Made by a program: the position numbers and the translations under genes
In this document: positions 28,675 to 42,573 of the stretch, piece by piece
How positions within the stretch are numbered: position 1 is the stretch's first letter
Layout: every line of letters starts with the position of its first letter
The notes under the pieces: generated by a model
What the model saw: the letters and a program-made list of their open reading frames with translations, nothing else
Database searches by the model: none
What the model was told of the DNA's origin: nothing
Source: Paramecium tetraurelia
Taxonomy: Eukaryota
DNA length: 64,000 nucleotides
Direction: 5' to 3'
Assembly: GCA_000165425.1 (NCBI GenBank)
Contig: CT868341.1
Span: 310,001 to 374,000, forward strand

Positions 28675-31248
28675 TCATTTGAATTATTTTTAAGACGAAG
28701 GTCTTTTCTATCTTGGAGGAGTAGTTGGTCGTTTTCTTATCAAAGCTTCATTGTTGTCTATAACTAAGTATTTAGCAAATCCCTTTTTTCTCTAAATGGG
28801 CTCTTCCAAGTCCATCCAACGTTGCTCTTGAATTGGAGCAGCAGGCAATATCACTTTTGGGATGATTTCTCCTCTTTTTGAAATTGTCAAAATAGCTTTT
28901 AGGATATGAATAATATTTTACATCCTTTGCATTGAGGTTAATTACCTCCATAATCTGGACAGGAAAAGATAGTAATTACATTATTGTTTAATCTTTCAAA
29001 TCCTTCCATTGTTGGTTCATGTGATCTTATAATCATATTTAAGGAATTCTCTTATAAAAATTTATTAATTCTATTTGTCCCAAATCTTAAAATCTATTTA
29101 TTTTAAAATATGTCTCTCTCTGGATTAGGTTGATTTTCTAGTTCTTCTTCTTATAAGCATGGGTCAGACCATAATAGTTCCAATGCTACTTTTTATTGAT
29201 ACTTAAATAAATATATAAAATTACAGTCTTGGGATCGTGAACTATTTCTAAAGGTTTTTATATTAATTCAATCTCGTCTATCGTTCTCATTGTTTACCCT
29301 ATTCCACCATGAACGCAAAAGATTTTGTCTTCAATAACTGCAGCTAATGGCATATATTAAAAAACTCTGTTAATTCTTTAGTAAATGCTGTTTGGATCCA
29401 TAATATCTTCTGCAAATTTGATAAAACACTCATCAGCAAACCCAAACATTTTATTAACTATGGGGTCTTCATGATGTCCTCTGAGTAGATGAATTTGATC
29501 AGAATATTTAATTTTTAATGTAAACAACAGCAGAATTATTTCCAAAGATCTAGACCCTCTATCTACATAATCCCCTAAAAACAAATAATCTTAGGAATCT
29601 ATATCCCCATTATATAGATTATCGTATGGAGCTTTAAAGTGATCAAAAAATCTCATTAAATCTAGATATTAACCATTTAAATTTCCATATATTTTTATTG
29701 GTCTCCTCAGTCTTAGTAAGTTTGGTTCTTTTTCTAGAATCCTCTAAACTTCATCACATAATTTAATTATCATTTCCTTCTTAATGCCTGTTAATAAATT
29801 AGAATTTGGAGGGATCTATGCATAATCTTTAGGTATCAATAGATTCTGCATGAAAGGTTGACATAACTAATCTAGAAATTGGGATTTATTTTAAGAATTA
29901 GGATCTGAAAATGCTGGTCCTAATTTTTTATGTTCATCTTGTAATTTATCTATTGGTACTTTCTTGACCTAATTTGTTATATCCTCTTCAGGACCATAAG
30001 TCATAGCCACTAATGCCTGATTAGCCAATCTAATATTTTTATTAGTTGCACTTGATACTCTAACTTACTGATACTAGTTTTAGACTATGGTTAATAGAAT
30101 AATTACTTTTTTGTTGAGCTGATGCTGGTTAATTAGTCTTTTTAAATTAATCTTAAGTTTATGCTAAAGGCTAAGAAGGCTTAGGATTAAATGATTATGT
30201 AAATGATTAATCAGCCTTAATAGTGTTCATTTACTTTAATAATTGAGGTGTTTAAGCAAATCTCTTACTCAAATCGATTTTTAGAATTCCCTCAGTAGGA
30301 ATATTTGGTTGATCGGAATCAAATCCTCCATGGAGATATAAAAATTATTCCACCAACCATGAGGAGTGTCTGAATCTCTGAATTGGTTAAAACTTATACC
30401 AATCAGATGTTTCAGTATCATAGATTTCAAAAGGCAATGTTTCTCCTACATTATTTGACCTACCTCCAATAACTAACATTAATGTTCCTAAAAATAAGGT
30501 TGAGTGTTAATATCGTTAAGCTGGTTACTCAGTTTATGATCTATAGGGAGCTCTTACCCAATCCCATCTACCATCTCGATGTCTTCTGAGACCCCAAGTA
30601 TCATTTAAAGCACTTTGATCACTTGTACGACCTCCAAAAGCAACCATCATACCATTAGCTGACCCTGTTGAACACAAAGCCGCAGAATGATATACTCTCA
30701 CAACAGGTTATTCTGACGAGCATTCTAACTTTTACCACGAATAAGGAGATTTCTCTAAATTAAAACTCCAAACATCATTTACAGGTTCTTAGCCTGTATT
30801 CCCACCAAATACTATCAAATAAGGCTTTATTAACACCATTGTATGACCGTACCTTCTTCCTGGTGTTGTTCCAATCACAGGCACAGTGACCCAAGTTCCG
30901 GTATCGTCTCTTAATTCAAATACATATAAATTGTCATCTGCTAATCCACCGCCTCCTACTGCTCCTCCAAATATAATCATTTAGTTTAATTCAATAGCTA
31001 ACGCTTGATGTGCTGCTCTATTCGTAGGTACATTTCCACTAGCTTCAACTCGCTTCCATTTTTTTTAAATTATATCTCCAATATACACATCTCCTGTGAT
31101 TACATACCTTCCTGTATCTCCAACGGCACCTTTAAATTTTTATTCAATGTATACCTCCGAATAATGCGATCTTATTAGGGGCTATGACACAAATGGTGTG
31201 ACCAAAACGAGGTTGGGGATTATCTCCTGCAAAATTCACACTTTCCAT
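28675..31248 (-). CDS. Kelch-repeat PPP phosphatase (PPKL/BSU1-like) with altered catalytic residues
   Basis: PQPRFGHT Kelch repeats; PPP domain GNLNG / GDYVDRG / RGHHE / HGG / RSHE; C-terminal RPTTPPR. Confidence 0.93.
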
Positions 31249-31281
31249 TTTTATTTTAAATATTTTTTTAACGATATATAT

Positions 31282-31425
31282 ATGAATTCAAGGTTGGTCA
31301 GACCATCAACACCAAAGAAACCTTTTGATCCAAATTTAATAAGATAATCCACTAAAAAGCCTTTCTAATTCAAAACTTAGGAACCAAAAATACTCATTAT
31401 AGAATACTACCATATTAATATTTGA
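31282..31425 (+). other. 47-aa ORF or 5' remnant of a decayed gene, divergent from PPKL
   Basis: MNSRLVRPSTPKKPFDPNLIRQ... starts 33 nt from the PPKL ATG; downstream sequence degenerates. Confidence 0.3.
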
Positions 31426-32100
31426 TATTATTATTTTGCATGTTATTATTATCTTATAATCAACTTACGATTACCTTTCTACTTCTCAGATGTTCAAATC
31501 ACCACCCAATTAAAATTTCCTCTAATCAGTTTTAGTTAATTTACATAATTATTGATAACAATTCATTGTCTATTAATACTAATATTATTTTAATGCAAGG
31601 ACTATCATCAATAAATTAGTGACATTCGATATATAAAATATAACAGAATAAGTAAATAAAAAGAAATAATAAGGGAAGATTATGATTTTCTGTTGATTTA
31701 ATACACTCCATGTTTAAAATATATCTATTTAGTCCAATAAATATTAAACTCATTCCCATTGAAATATGAACATTCATATGATATAGAAATAATAATATTG
31801 TAATTTAATATATGATTAATATTATATTGAATGAATAGTCTATAACATTTTGCAACTTTTGAATAACCACATTAATCATCAAACAATTATTGATAAAATC
31901 TTAATTTTGAAGTTTAACATACGAATATTTGAATTCACAATCTATTTGATTCAATTTCAAAATAATAACAAATAATTATTTTTAGTTACAAAATATGTGT
32001 TAGAGAATCAGAAGTAATTTTTTATATATTAAATTAATATAATAGTAGCAACCTAAATGAAGGAGCAATTATTTTTATTATGTAAAATTATTAATAATAT

Positions 32101-33520
32101 TCATTTTGGAGGAGGTGGTGGGGGAGGAGGAGCTGGTCTTGGAGGTTGTGGTCTCTATTAAGGTGGAGGAGGTGGTGGTGGTTTTCTATGATCTTCCTCA
32201 AAAATGTCTGGTCTTTTCTTTTTTAATTAGGACAGATGTTCTGCAATCATATTGCCTGGTTACAAAGTTGTAGTCTTGCTTCTCTCGTTTATTTCCTTCT
32301 TTATTTCACTATAACGAGGATCTTATAGTTCTAATTGGATATGTTCATTGATTTAATTCTTGGGGAAATTCTTTCCACAAATCTCACATTTTATTAAGAC
32401 TAATTCATTTTATGTGGTTGGTCTCTGATAATTTGAAATGATTGGGGCACTGCTATCCCCTTATTGACCTGCTTTTTGTAAAGTTGAATTTAAGGTTATA
32501 ATTTATTTTTCTTTTGGTTGTTATGGATTATTAATGATTCTAGATACAACTTGTCCTGTCTATACCAGGTTTTGCTATTACTCTAAAAATAGACAACCAT
32601 ATTACAAAATTATGCTTAATCAGCACCTTTAAAGTCCATTTTATCAAATCTTTGGATTCCCTTTTCATAAACCTTATCTATTCTATCATCCTCTGCGAAA
32701 TCGATAGTCTCACAAATAGTAAAGTCATTCCAATCAATCATTGCCATTTATTCTATCATATAATTACACGAATAATACATTTCTCATCTTCATCTTGTTA
32801 TTACTTTCTATCTTTTTCTTCTTTCAAATAAATCTCGTACTCATATTTTTCTTGACATCTTTAATATATTACTTATCGATCCTAAACGTATGTCAACAAT
32901 CTATCGATTTCTTCCTTTTTTGGTTGTAAACATTTTGTATAGGCATCAACTAAATTTGAAAAGAATTGAAATAAATCATGAGTAGGTTTTAAGAAATCAT
33001 ACTATGGATTCATTTTTTCCCTTTCTGTCAAGGCAACCAAAAACTTCTTACCATTCTTAGCGATGAATATGGCTGTATGCTTAATAATATCTAGATCCAA
33101 GGCAGATAAATTTCTCGGCTGTTCCACTGTATATTGGTCATTAGGAGGAGCCTTTACTACTTTCTTAGGCTATTCGTTTTTGGGTGCAGGCTTTGTTTTC
33201 TAATCCTCTTCCTCCTATATCGGTGCTATAATAATGATTAGAAATGAACTCTTACCCACTAATCCTCTTGCAAACTCAGTGATTTTATTTTCATAATACG
33301 GTCTATAAGGATCATCTCTTCTCAAAAAACAAAAATTCGGATTGCTTAATTCCTTTTGCATGACAAGATCTTCAAATGTTGCCCCATTTTTTGCCACATA
33401 TTCTGCAGTCTTATCCGCATATTCTAATAATAGATACACTCTAATACTTTTGATATTTGGAGGAGGAATGACAATATTCGATGATCTATTCTTAATTAAT
33501 AATTAAGCTTCTAGCACCAT
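32101..33520 (-). CDS. SF3A1: Splicing factor 3a subunit 1 (Prp21), two SURP domains (438 aa)
   Basis: IPPPNIKKYADKTAEYVAKNG; LDIIKHTAIFIAKNG; IDWNDFTICETIDF; HIQLELQDPRY. Four introns (24, 30, 26, 23 nt). Confidence 0.93.
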
Positions 33521-34478
33521 TAAAAGAATAATTAATAATATAAGATTAAATTCTTCATTGAAATATTTTCATAAAAAAATTAAGTTATTGCAATTCATCT
33601 ATTTACTGCATTTCATCTATTTATTGCATAAATACTATTTATAAATGTGTCTTTAATTATGAAGCAAGTTGAAATGATTATTTACTACTTAAGCAAATAT
33701 TAGATTTAAACATACATATTTATGCTTTCTAAACAATTCTATATATTAAATTAAAGTTCAAAAGTAAATCTATAGAAAAGTCAATAATCTTCAGAACATT
33801 GAAGTATTTTAAAAAGAAATTTATATAATGTTATAAGTTTTATAATGATTAATTTTAAAAGTTAAATAGACTTTAAAAATGCAAAAATATTTCTTAACTC
33901 ATTCACATATCAAATAAATAAAAATAAATTCTTCTTATGTATCACAGATTTAGATTCCCTAAAGAATGGTTATTGAGTTCCTAAGAAAAGAATATCTCAT
34001 TTTTAAATAAATGCAATTACGTTTATTTTTTGTATTTTAATCATTAAAATCCTTAACAAAAACCTGTTTTTTGAGTGGTTTTTTTGACACCATTTTTATT
34101 ACTATTAGCTAACTCTGCTTACTTTTTGACATTTTAAACATAACTAAGGTTATTCAAAATTATAGTTTGTAAAACCTATTCCTTATTGTTTACAATACCT
34201 GAATAATTGTCCATTTTTATGAAATAGATCAATCATATTATGTTATATTAGTAACTAAGTAAATTCAAATTGTTATAAAAATTATTGTTTTAGGGTTTTT
34301 CTTTAGTATCAGAGTCTACCTACTGCATTATTGCATAAAGAGTAGATTCCACTTTTTCTCTAAATAAATTATTAAATATTCAAAATGTAAGTCTAAATTG
34401 AAAACGATTAATCTTGTTTTATTTTGAATAAATAATAAGTTGTTAATTTCTAAAAGAAATATGATTAATAATATGATA

Positions 34479-35463
34479 TCAAATATGTCCGAATGGAAAA
34501 AACATGTTGATAAATGCTAAAAGTGCTGCAGAGATTGTTTAATCTTGATTGAGATTAAACTAAAATTAATTTATCTTTCTTTACTTTACCATTTATAATT
34601 TGTAGTACACTGTATAAGTATAACCCTCCGAATGTGAATGCCCATAATTCGGTGGCCATCCAGAAAATGAGCACAGCAGTATAATCAAAAGGATTGAATA
34701 TTTGAAATATAAAGGCATAAATAAAGGGAGGAATAAAAACATACTTGATGGTCCCTATAAATATTAAGGTATTTTACTAAAAAATGATATCTATTATTTG
34801 GTCAGAGAGAAGTGATATTGAATAGTGATCAAGGTAAGAAAATTGCATATAATACCGATGAAAATAGCAAAGCCGATCTGGACAGAGCTTTCTATATTCC
34901 ATATATCTGAATGTTCTGCAGTGATGAGACCGCTAATCCATAAGGCATAAGAGATAGTGAAAATCAAGAATATGAAAAATGCATTATGTTTCTTAGTAAT
35001 AATTTTGAATATGTACACATCTAAATGGTTTATAGAATCTGATTAGCAACAATTATATGGCAAATATAAAGAAAAAGAGATATAATGATGCTCGATATTT
35101 TTCCTTGTCAAAATTATAAAACAAATTATCGTAGTTAAAATCTAAAATAGTTATGACCGACATAATAATTTGAATAGCTTCTTGAAACACCCAAATTCCT
35201 GTAATTTAAATAAGAAATCTCTATTTTTGTTAGTCATTCAGACCAGATAACTATTAATTGGGTTATAACAAGGGCTAGTAAATTTAATCTAACTAAGTAA
35301 AAGTATTACGAGAGCCAGCCTCTTATGTAGTTAAATTAAGATTAGAGGATTATTATAAATTATTGGTCTGCATAGTTGAATTGTCTGGAACAGAAGACTC
35401 AGAATTTCTTTGTGTCTGATTTTCTTCATTTCTTCTGCTTTCCAACAAAATATTATTTAACAT
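34479..35463 (-). CDS. Divergent TMBIM/Lifeguard (Bax inhibitor-1 superfamily)-like membrane protein
   Basis: Polar N-terminus and about 7 hydrophobic segments. C-terminal LQIINGKFNLNQDQTISAALLAF resembles the LFG pattern QxIxGxxxxLxxEEYIxAAL. One 25-nt intron. Confidence 0.65.
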
Positions 35464-35709
35464 AATTTTTGTTTTTTATGGATTAATGTAAGATTTAATA
35501 TATAATATTATAAGAGTGAATATTTGCCAAATTTTTTATTGCATTACAAAAGATATGAAAACCCTTAGCCAATTGTCCGTATCTGTCAGGAGGATATCAT
35601 GATGATATTTGGATGATGAAAATGTGAATGCTCTGTGTGGATATTACTTCAATAATTTATCTTTTGGATATCTTTAGTAATATTTGCATTTTATATAAAT
35701 TAAATAAAA

Positions 35710-36999
35710 ATGAAGCAGGAATAAAATCAGTTTACATTCACCACTGTGATCCATCCACCTTTTGTGGATTAGGAAAAATAAGAAGAACAATTTTATCCAT
35801 CAATCGGATTTAATTTTGCTACTGGCGATGCTTAACGTAATATATATTCTCCATGTTGTATAGCTGGATGGGCTTTCATAAGCAAGGATTAACCACCCTG
35901 TGTTCCTTACTTTTCATCTTACCTTAAGAAGTAGAATGGAGCAGAATTCCTAGTTACTGGTGGAGCTTATCAAGATAATGATTAAGGTTAAAGCACTGCC
36001 TTCTGCTTTAGAATTCAGCTTCATGATCATATGGAAGGACACAGAATCAAATATGAGTTGTGGAGACAAGGATTAACAAAGGAAGATGAGGATGGCAATG
36101 AAATCGAGGGAGAGAAAGTGGCTGTCATTCCTCAGATGAATTTCCCTAGACACAATCACAAAGTTTTTGAACTATTAAAACCAGGAACCACAAATCAATA
36201 TTTGTATATGGTAGTTGGAGGTCAATTTGTGAATTAAGATGACTGGGGTATCTTAAATTAATGTGAAATTTACGATGAGAAGGGACCTGTGAATTAGAAT
36301 GGAGAGTAGTAATGGGAAGTGGTGGAATCTATGATTTAAGGTAGAGCTGGATTTTCAGGCTTTGTTTTGAATAATAAGGTCTACGTTTATGGTGGATTGA
36401 CAATTGAGAAAGAAGAGATTGTATAGATAATTATTAAATAATTATTAGAAAGTACTCCATAGCAATAAGGTGGAATGTTTTGATTTAGCAACAAGGAAAT
36501 GGAAGGATTTCAAGTATAGATAAGGTTTGAATGTAACAAATCATTTGGGTTCATCTTGTTTGCCTGTTTCATAAAAGCATATTCTAATTTTCGGAGGCTC
36601 GAATGGTGAGAAAGTCACCGATAAAATTGCAATTATGGATGTTGAAAAAGGGTCAATTGAAAATATTAAATAGAAAACTAAATTGAGTGTCCCAAGAGCA
36701 GGAGCTTAAATTTTTGTATTGAAGTAAGTGGCTGGTAGATTATTATTAATATTGAATTAGATTCAATTCAGAAAAGAGATCTGATTGTAGTTTTGGGAGG
36801 AAATCAGGGTGAAGTGAGTTTTGATTACTTCACGATAAAAGATTAGAATACTGTCGACATTGAGTATATTGGAAAAAATGAGTTTAATAATGCATTTACT
36901 GGAGCAGTCACTGGAACTTATACTTTTGGTGGCATTAATGATATCAGAGCCTGGGCTAAGACAATGTAGTACATGCCTGTAGTGACATTAATATAATGA
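35710..36999 (+). CDS. Kelch-repeat protein
   Basis: LVTGG, PRHNH...MVVGG, GRAGFSGFVLNNKVYVYGG, ILIFGG, PRAGA...VVLGG. Three introns give 403 codons. Confidence 0.85.
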
Positions 37000-37378
37000 A
37001 TATTAAAATATCATATGTCTTATTTTAATTATTATTATTTGATCATGTTGTTGGGTTAATATTGTTGATACTATCTATTTAAAAAGTAGAATTTTATTCA
37101 TTTTATTCATTTGACATATTTGACTCATAACATTTTTATTTTAATACAATATTAATGTCTATATAAATTAGTAGATTTAGATAAATATATTTCAGTTAAA
37201 ATGTAAATTTATAATTTAAAGTATATTTGCAAGTATGCTTATTAATCTATAATCTTTAAGCCTAATATTTATTAATTTAGGGATTTCTTTAAACCAAAAA
37301 AGTGGAAGAACTAAGTTTGATAAATCGTTTAATCTTATTGTTACTAATTAGAATAATAAATATATATTGATCTGTTCA

Positions 37379-38500
37379 TCATTCATCATCATAGAATGGA
37401 CTAATCATTAAAATAGGAAAACTTATGGCCATAGCAAAAACATGGTTAGTCTTGAAGTTGTTCTAAGAATATTAGAATAAATATGTACATATCCTTTTTA
37501 AACGAGTCTTTTTATAAGTAAAATGCATCCAAATCCTATAAGGATAACTATGAGTAGCCATAAAAATAATGGGACATAGAAAAAGCGATAATACTGACTG
37601 AAGAATTCTGCAGAGTAAGCAATTATTGGTGGGAAGATTAAGTAGCTGACATATTCTTTGATAGGTTTCATAACTCCCTTGTATTTGATTGCGTATCTGA
37701 CTGAAATGAATTCAACACAAATTAAAAGGTAAAAGTAGTAGAAATAGTTGGTGTCCCAAGAAAAGATTCTATCACTGCCGGAAACAGCTGTTTAAATTCC
37801 TTACAAAAGCCAAACATATAGAACTACATGTATCCAATATAACGTCATTTGATTGTTACCCTAAATTGATATACTAATTATTTACTTGAGTCATATATGT
37901 TGAATTAGTTATGATGAACAAATTCAATAGTATGAATAATATTAAAATTGCCCATAATCCAGGACCCCAAGTATAGTTACTTGTAACCACTTATATACGG
38001 AATAAAGCAGAAATAGTATTAAGAAATAGCGAAATACATATTTCAACCATAAACAAAGAAGTGAACGATTCATAAAAAAATTTACGTTCTTAGGTTCCAG
38101 CTTTTTGAATTGAGGCATGTTTCAAGTGCTATTTTTATACTATAGGAACAGTATTCTAGTTTTAAATTTAATTTTGATTCTAGTATAATAACTATTATTG
38201 AAGTTATTAATTTTGATATGGATATCCCTAAGGCTAAGAATATTAGTTAGGACTAGTAGGTATTTTTGGTATGTTAATTGATACATTCTAGTTTTGTGAT
38301 TGATTAAGAGTCTATTGTTGTAATTACAAATAAGGATGTATTTGCAAGTTTGCTTGTAACTAAGTTTACTATTATTTCTTTTGATATAGTTCTTATAACA
38401 ATTATTGGTGCAAGTAAGAAGGCTGCTAGAGAATTTAGTTGTATTCATCTTAAGATACAAAGACAGGTACAAGGGTTTCTTGTGTTGCTTGAGATGTCAT
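37379..38500 (-). CDS. Second TMBIM/Lifeguard-like protein with a Q/P/Y-rich N-terminus
   Basis: Two introns give 357 codons. About 7 TM segments; C-terminal NFKTNHVFAMAISFP; same architecture as 34479-35463. Confidence 0.65.
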
Positions 38501-38699
38501 TAGATATAAATATTAATAATATTGAATCGTATGTTAGTGATATAAAGTATTAATATTGTGTTATGATTTTCCTCATTGTACATTTTTTAACTAAGAGTTC
38601 TGACTTTGAGATTCTTAAATCATTTCATCACTTTTTTTGAATCCGATATCAAAGTATGATACCAAAATTAAAAATACTTAATAGAACTGCTGCATATTA

Positions 38700-39480
38700 C
38701 TATCATCAGATCTCAATTAATCTATTATTAGGATAATGATATTCGCATTTCCTTTGTTGATTTAATAATTCTAGTGAGGATCAATTATAGAAAGTAACCA
38801 AATCCAATTGAATAATCTATAATTCCACAAAGATTCCACATTTTCACAAATAGTTAGTAGAATTTCATTATAATTAGTTGGTATATCACACTATACTAGA
38901 GTGACTCTAATTATAACAATTAATACATTTACTTTTAATCTTATTGATCTAATTTTTGAATTGTATAAAAATATTGAACGAATTTCTAAAATGATAAAGC
39001 TGAACTCTATTATAACTATAACATAACCATTGTTTGAATCCTAAAATAGTAGTAGTCTAAAGTGTTGGTAATTTTTATAGGTAGAGTGATGCAAAGTTTA
39101 TAAAACTGCAATATGTTGAATATTGTTCTAGCTTTATGATTTTTAGCCTCTTTAGAAGCCTTGGATGATATCGTAACGAAATAATCATGATTCGTATACG
39201 GTTGAATTTTGAAACCTCCATGTTGGATCATACTTACTAGATTAGAATAAAACTCTTATGATAAACACAGATCTAAAGGAAACTCTTAAAGAGTAGAAGA
39301 GAACTCAGAAATTTTAAGATAAAAATGGCTCTCTCCAATTATTCTGCTAATCTTATGGAATCATACTTTAACAGTTCTACTTACTTTATAAATTGATTTT
39401 ATGGTGACATCACTTGAGTTTATTAACCGCATATAAAGAATAATTATTGCTAAAGTTGGATTATGTTTTGTTGTTGAAAT
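38700..39480 (-). pseudogene. Possible decayed third TMBIM-like copy
   Basis: SIRLAEQLERAIFILKF followed by TGA resembles the pre-TM1 segment of the neighbours (ERKFF, KQRFLFKL). Several in-frame TGAs. Confidence 0.3.
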
Positions 39481-42400
39481 TAAGAGTATTAAATTGGTTG
39501 AACTTAATTTAGATTAAATGATGATCTATGTTAAAACAACAAGTGGTCAATACATCATATGTTTAATATTAAGTTATTATTATATCGAATTTATAGAATT
39601 ATGGTTTTCCACAAATGTTTATTATTTTAAGTCAATTCTACATTTCTTAAGTTTAATTAAGAATCTATATTTGACTCTGAGTTGTGTTATTCACTTAAAT
39701 TTAAGGATGAATAGAAATCAATTTACTAATATCTTGAGAAGTTTAACAATCAGCTATTTATATACAATGTTTTATTTTCTATAATTATTTATTTTTAAAA
39801 AGAATATTTCTGATCCACTCCTTCTACAATATATAATATAGAAAAAAGTCAATATTCTGTAAAAAAAAATAAATTCTTAAATCAGTGATAAGACCTTTCT
39901 TCAAGAATTCTTGAAAATAGAAAATGTTGTTTCCAAACATAGTAATTATAATATCAATCAATATTTATGTTGGCATATCTATAACATTCTATTTCTATTT
40001 TGTTTAATCATTGATTATGATATTCTATATTATAAATTCAATAGTGAGGGATTCATTTCCTAAAATATTTAATAGTTCCTTAAATTATCTTAGCACAATT
40101 AATGCAGGATTCAAAAGAAAGTTTGCTTCTAATTTACATTTACTCTCCGCAAAATAGTTGTATTAAATCTTTATTTTCAATTTTTCCTAATAGAGTATAA
40201 TTCCTATATACCATTTAGTTGTTTCATGTAATAATTAATAAAATTGAATTTCTTTTATTCTCAGTAAAATACTCTTATAATTTAAGTTAAACTGTTTTTT
40301 ATTTGATTCAACTTAATAACTCCAAATAATTGAAATGAAGCTTAATTTTCATTTGATCTCAAGGAAACAACTATTATTTATATTTCTAATTTTGTTGTTT
40401 CATCATTTCAAGAATTATTAAGTGCTACCTACGAATAATAACGTATTACTTAAGAATAAAATAAATTATTTGTTAATTTATTAATATTAAACTAGGCATA
40501 AAGGGTCCTTTATTTTAAATCAAAAATATTTTGAGTTAGATATGTTTAGAAAAGATGTCAGAAAAAGGTTTACCAACAATCAATAAACTGTGCTGCAAAA
40601 AGCAAAAGAATAATAGATGAATCCTCATTAATCCAATTTTAGAAATAAATAATCCCTAATTTATAAATAATATATAATAATAATCTCCAATAAGAATTAA
40701 GTAATATTCTAAATGCTCTCCTAGAAGATTATCTTTTCAACGATTTAATAATGAAATAGATAATGTTAATTCTAGGAATGAAAATAGATTTTATATATAT
40801 TAGTTTCAATATACCCAAAAAAACTCTTAATCAAATTTTGGTCGTGGAAAGAATATAGAATTTAGCCAGAACGTTAAAAGGATAAAGCTACACAGCTACA
40901 GATATATATATGTAAAAATTGGGAATTTCTCCAAAATGATTATAAATGAATGACTTGAATTTAACAATGATTAAAAGGATCATTAATAAAAATTCTTGAA
41001 TTTTCCTCTTGAAGTATTTCATCCATAATTTCTTGATTACCATTTCCAATCTTTAAATATCATACTTTTTATCCCTCAAATAATTGCATTACTCTATATA
41101 AAAAACTATTATTTATTTACAAATATATCGTTACTTATTTCGACTTTAAGCAAGAATAATTGTCCTTATTCAGAATTATTAAGAATTTAAGGGAAACACA
41201 CTTTCAAAATATAATTATCCCGTTATAATTTTTGTTATAAATTTTATTTAAAAATTCATGAATTCTAAAGAGTATACATTAGAACCTAAGTCGTTCAGCT
41301 TTTCCTTTCATTCACAATTCATAGAGGGTACTTGATGAGGACCATAATGTATGTTAAAAGCAATAGGTAAGACTTAATAGGAATGAATATTCTGAAAGAT
41401 CCTAGAAAATGGGCAGCAAAATATTAAGAGTATAAGTGTAGAATAAAAACAATGAGAATAAAATATCTGCTTTTAATGATAAAATATTGTATTTCCTATG
41501 AAAACTTAATAATATTGCAGTTAAATTTAAAAATTTGGCTTCGCCAGATTTATATTAGATAAAATTGTCTCTCCTAATAACAATTATTCAATATTTTATT
41601 CTGTATGAAGAAAATAATTGGTATATCCATTTATAAATCTAAAGTTTTTGTAAACCTTTGATAGAAAAAGGATCCTTTGATAAAATAAGGTGAATGATGA
41701 TGGAAAGAATAATTTTTTGTAAATGAATATAATTAATTTAATTAATTAAATTTTTGTTAACTTTAAGGATATATATTGTGTTAAAAAAATACCTATATCT
41801 CACCTATGAATATCCTAAAACAAGAAGATTTATGATCAGATATTTCAATTTAATGACATTATTGATTTATGTACCATTAGGAACTCCTCTTATTAATCTG
41901 TTCTCAAAAATGCCAAAAATTGACCTAGTTAGTTTGATAACCTCTTCTTTATAATTGCTTTCCCTTTCGAAAAAGATATCATTATTCCCTTTATTGTCCA
42001 TCACTTGTATTAAAAAAAGATGTTCAAAAGAATAGTATCAAGTGCTTATGTTTGCAAGATAATTTCATTTGTGAATTCTAAATAAGTATAATTTTTTGGA
42101 AAAAAATTTAGTTTTAAAAAGAACTTCAAGATCAATAATGAAACTGATCAAATAAGTATGCAGAAGTGTGCAAGAAGAGAGTATCAGCATTTCCCCCCGA
42201 ATAAAATTAAAAATTTGAGACTTGATAATCATGAATCCAATATCACCCTTTTTCATATTCTTTGGTGTTTAACATGCATATTCGGAGTGCGCCTATCAAT
42301 ATCCTTCATCCCAAAGCGATCTGAGTAGTTTATTGAGACAATATAGTGTATTTACTCTTTTCATACAAATTGTACCACTTTAAAGTAATGCACTGGTAGA

Positions 42401-42573
42401 TAATTTTTTGGATTTTAGTATATTTTTTAATCAAATAATTTCTTCTAAAAAAATGACTAATATGAATTTTTCTTAATTCTAATCTTGGTTCTAACTTGTA
42501 GAATGGTGAAGCAAATTTCTTAATGCATTTGAATTTGCATATAGGGAATATAATTTATATTAAATTAAAACTT

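Noticed and set aside
35478..35700. GC-richer island with ATGATGA boxes, a possible C/D snoRNA or snRNA
   Set aside because: No downstream CTGA D box or recognisable snRNA sequence; it reads more like a frameshifted coding remnant.
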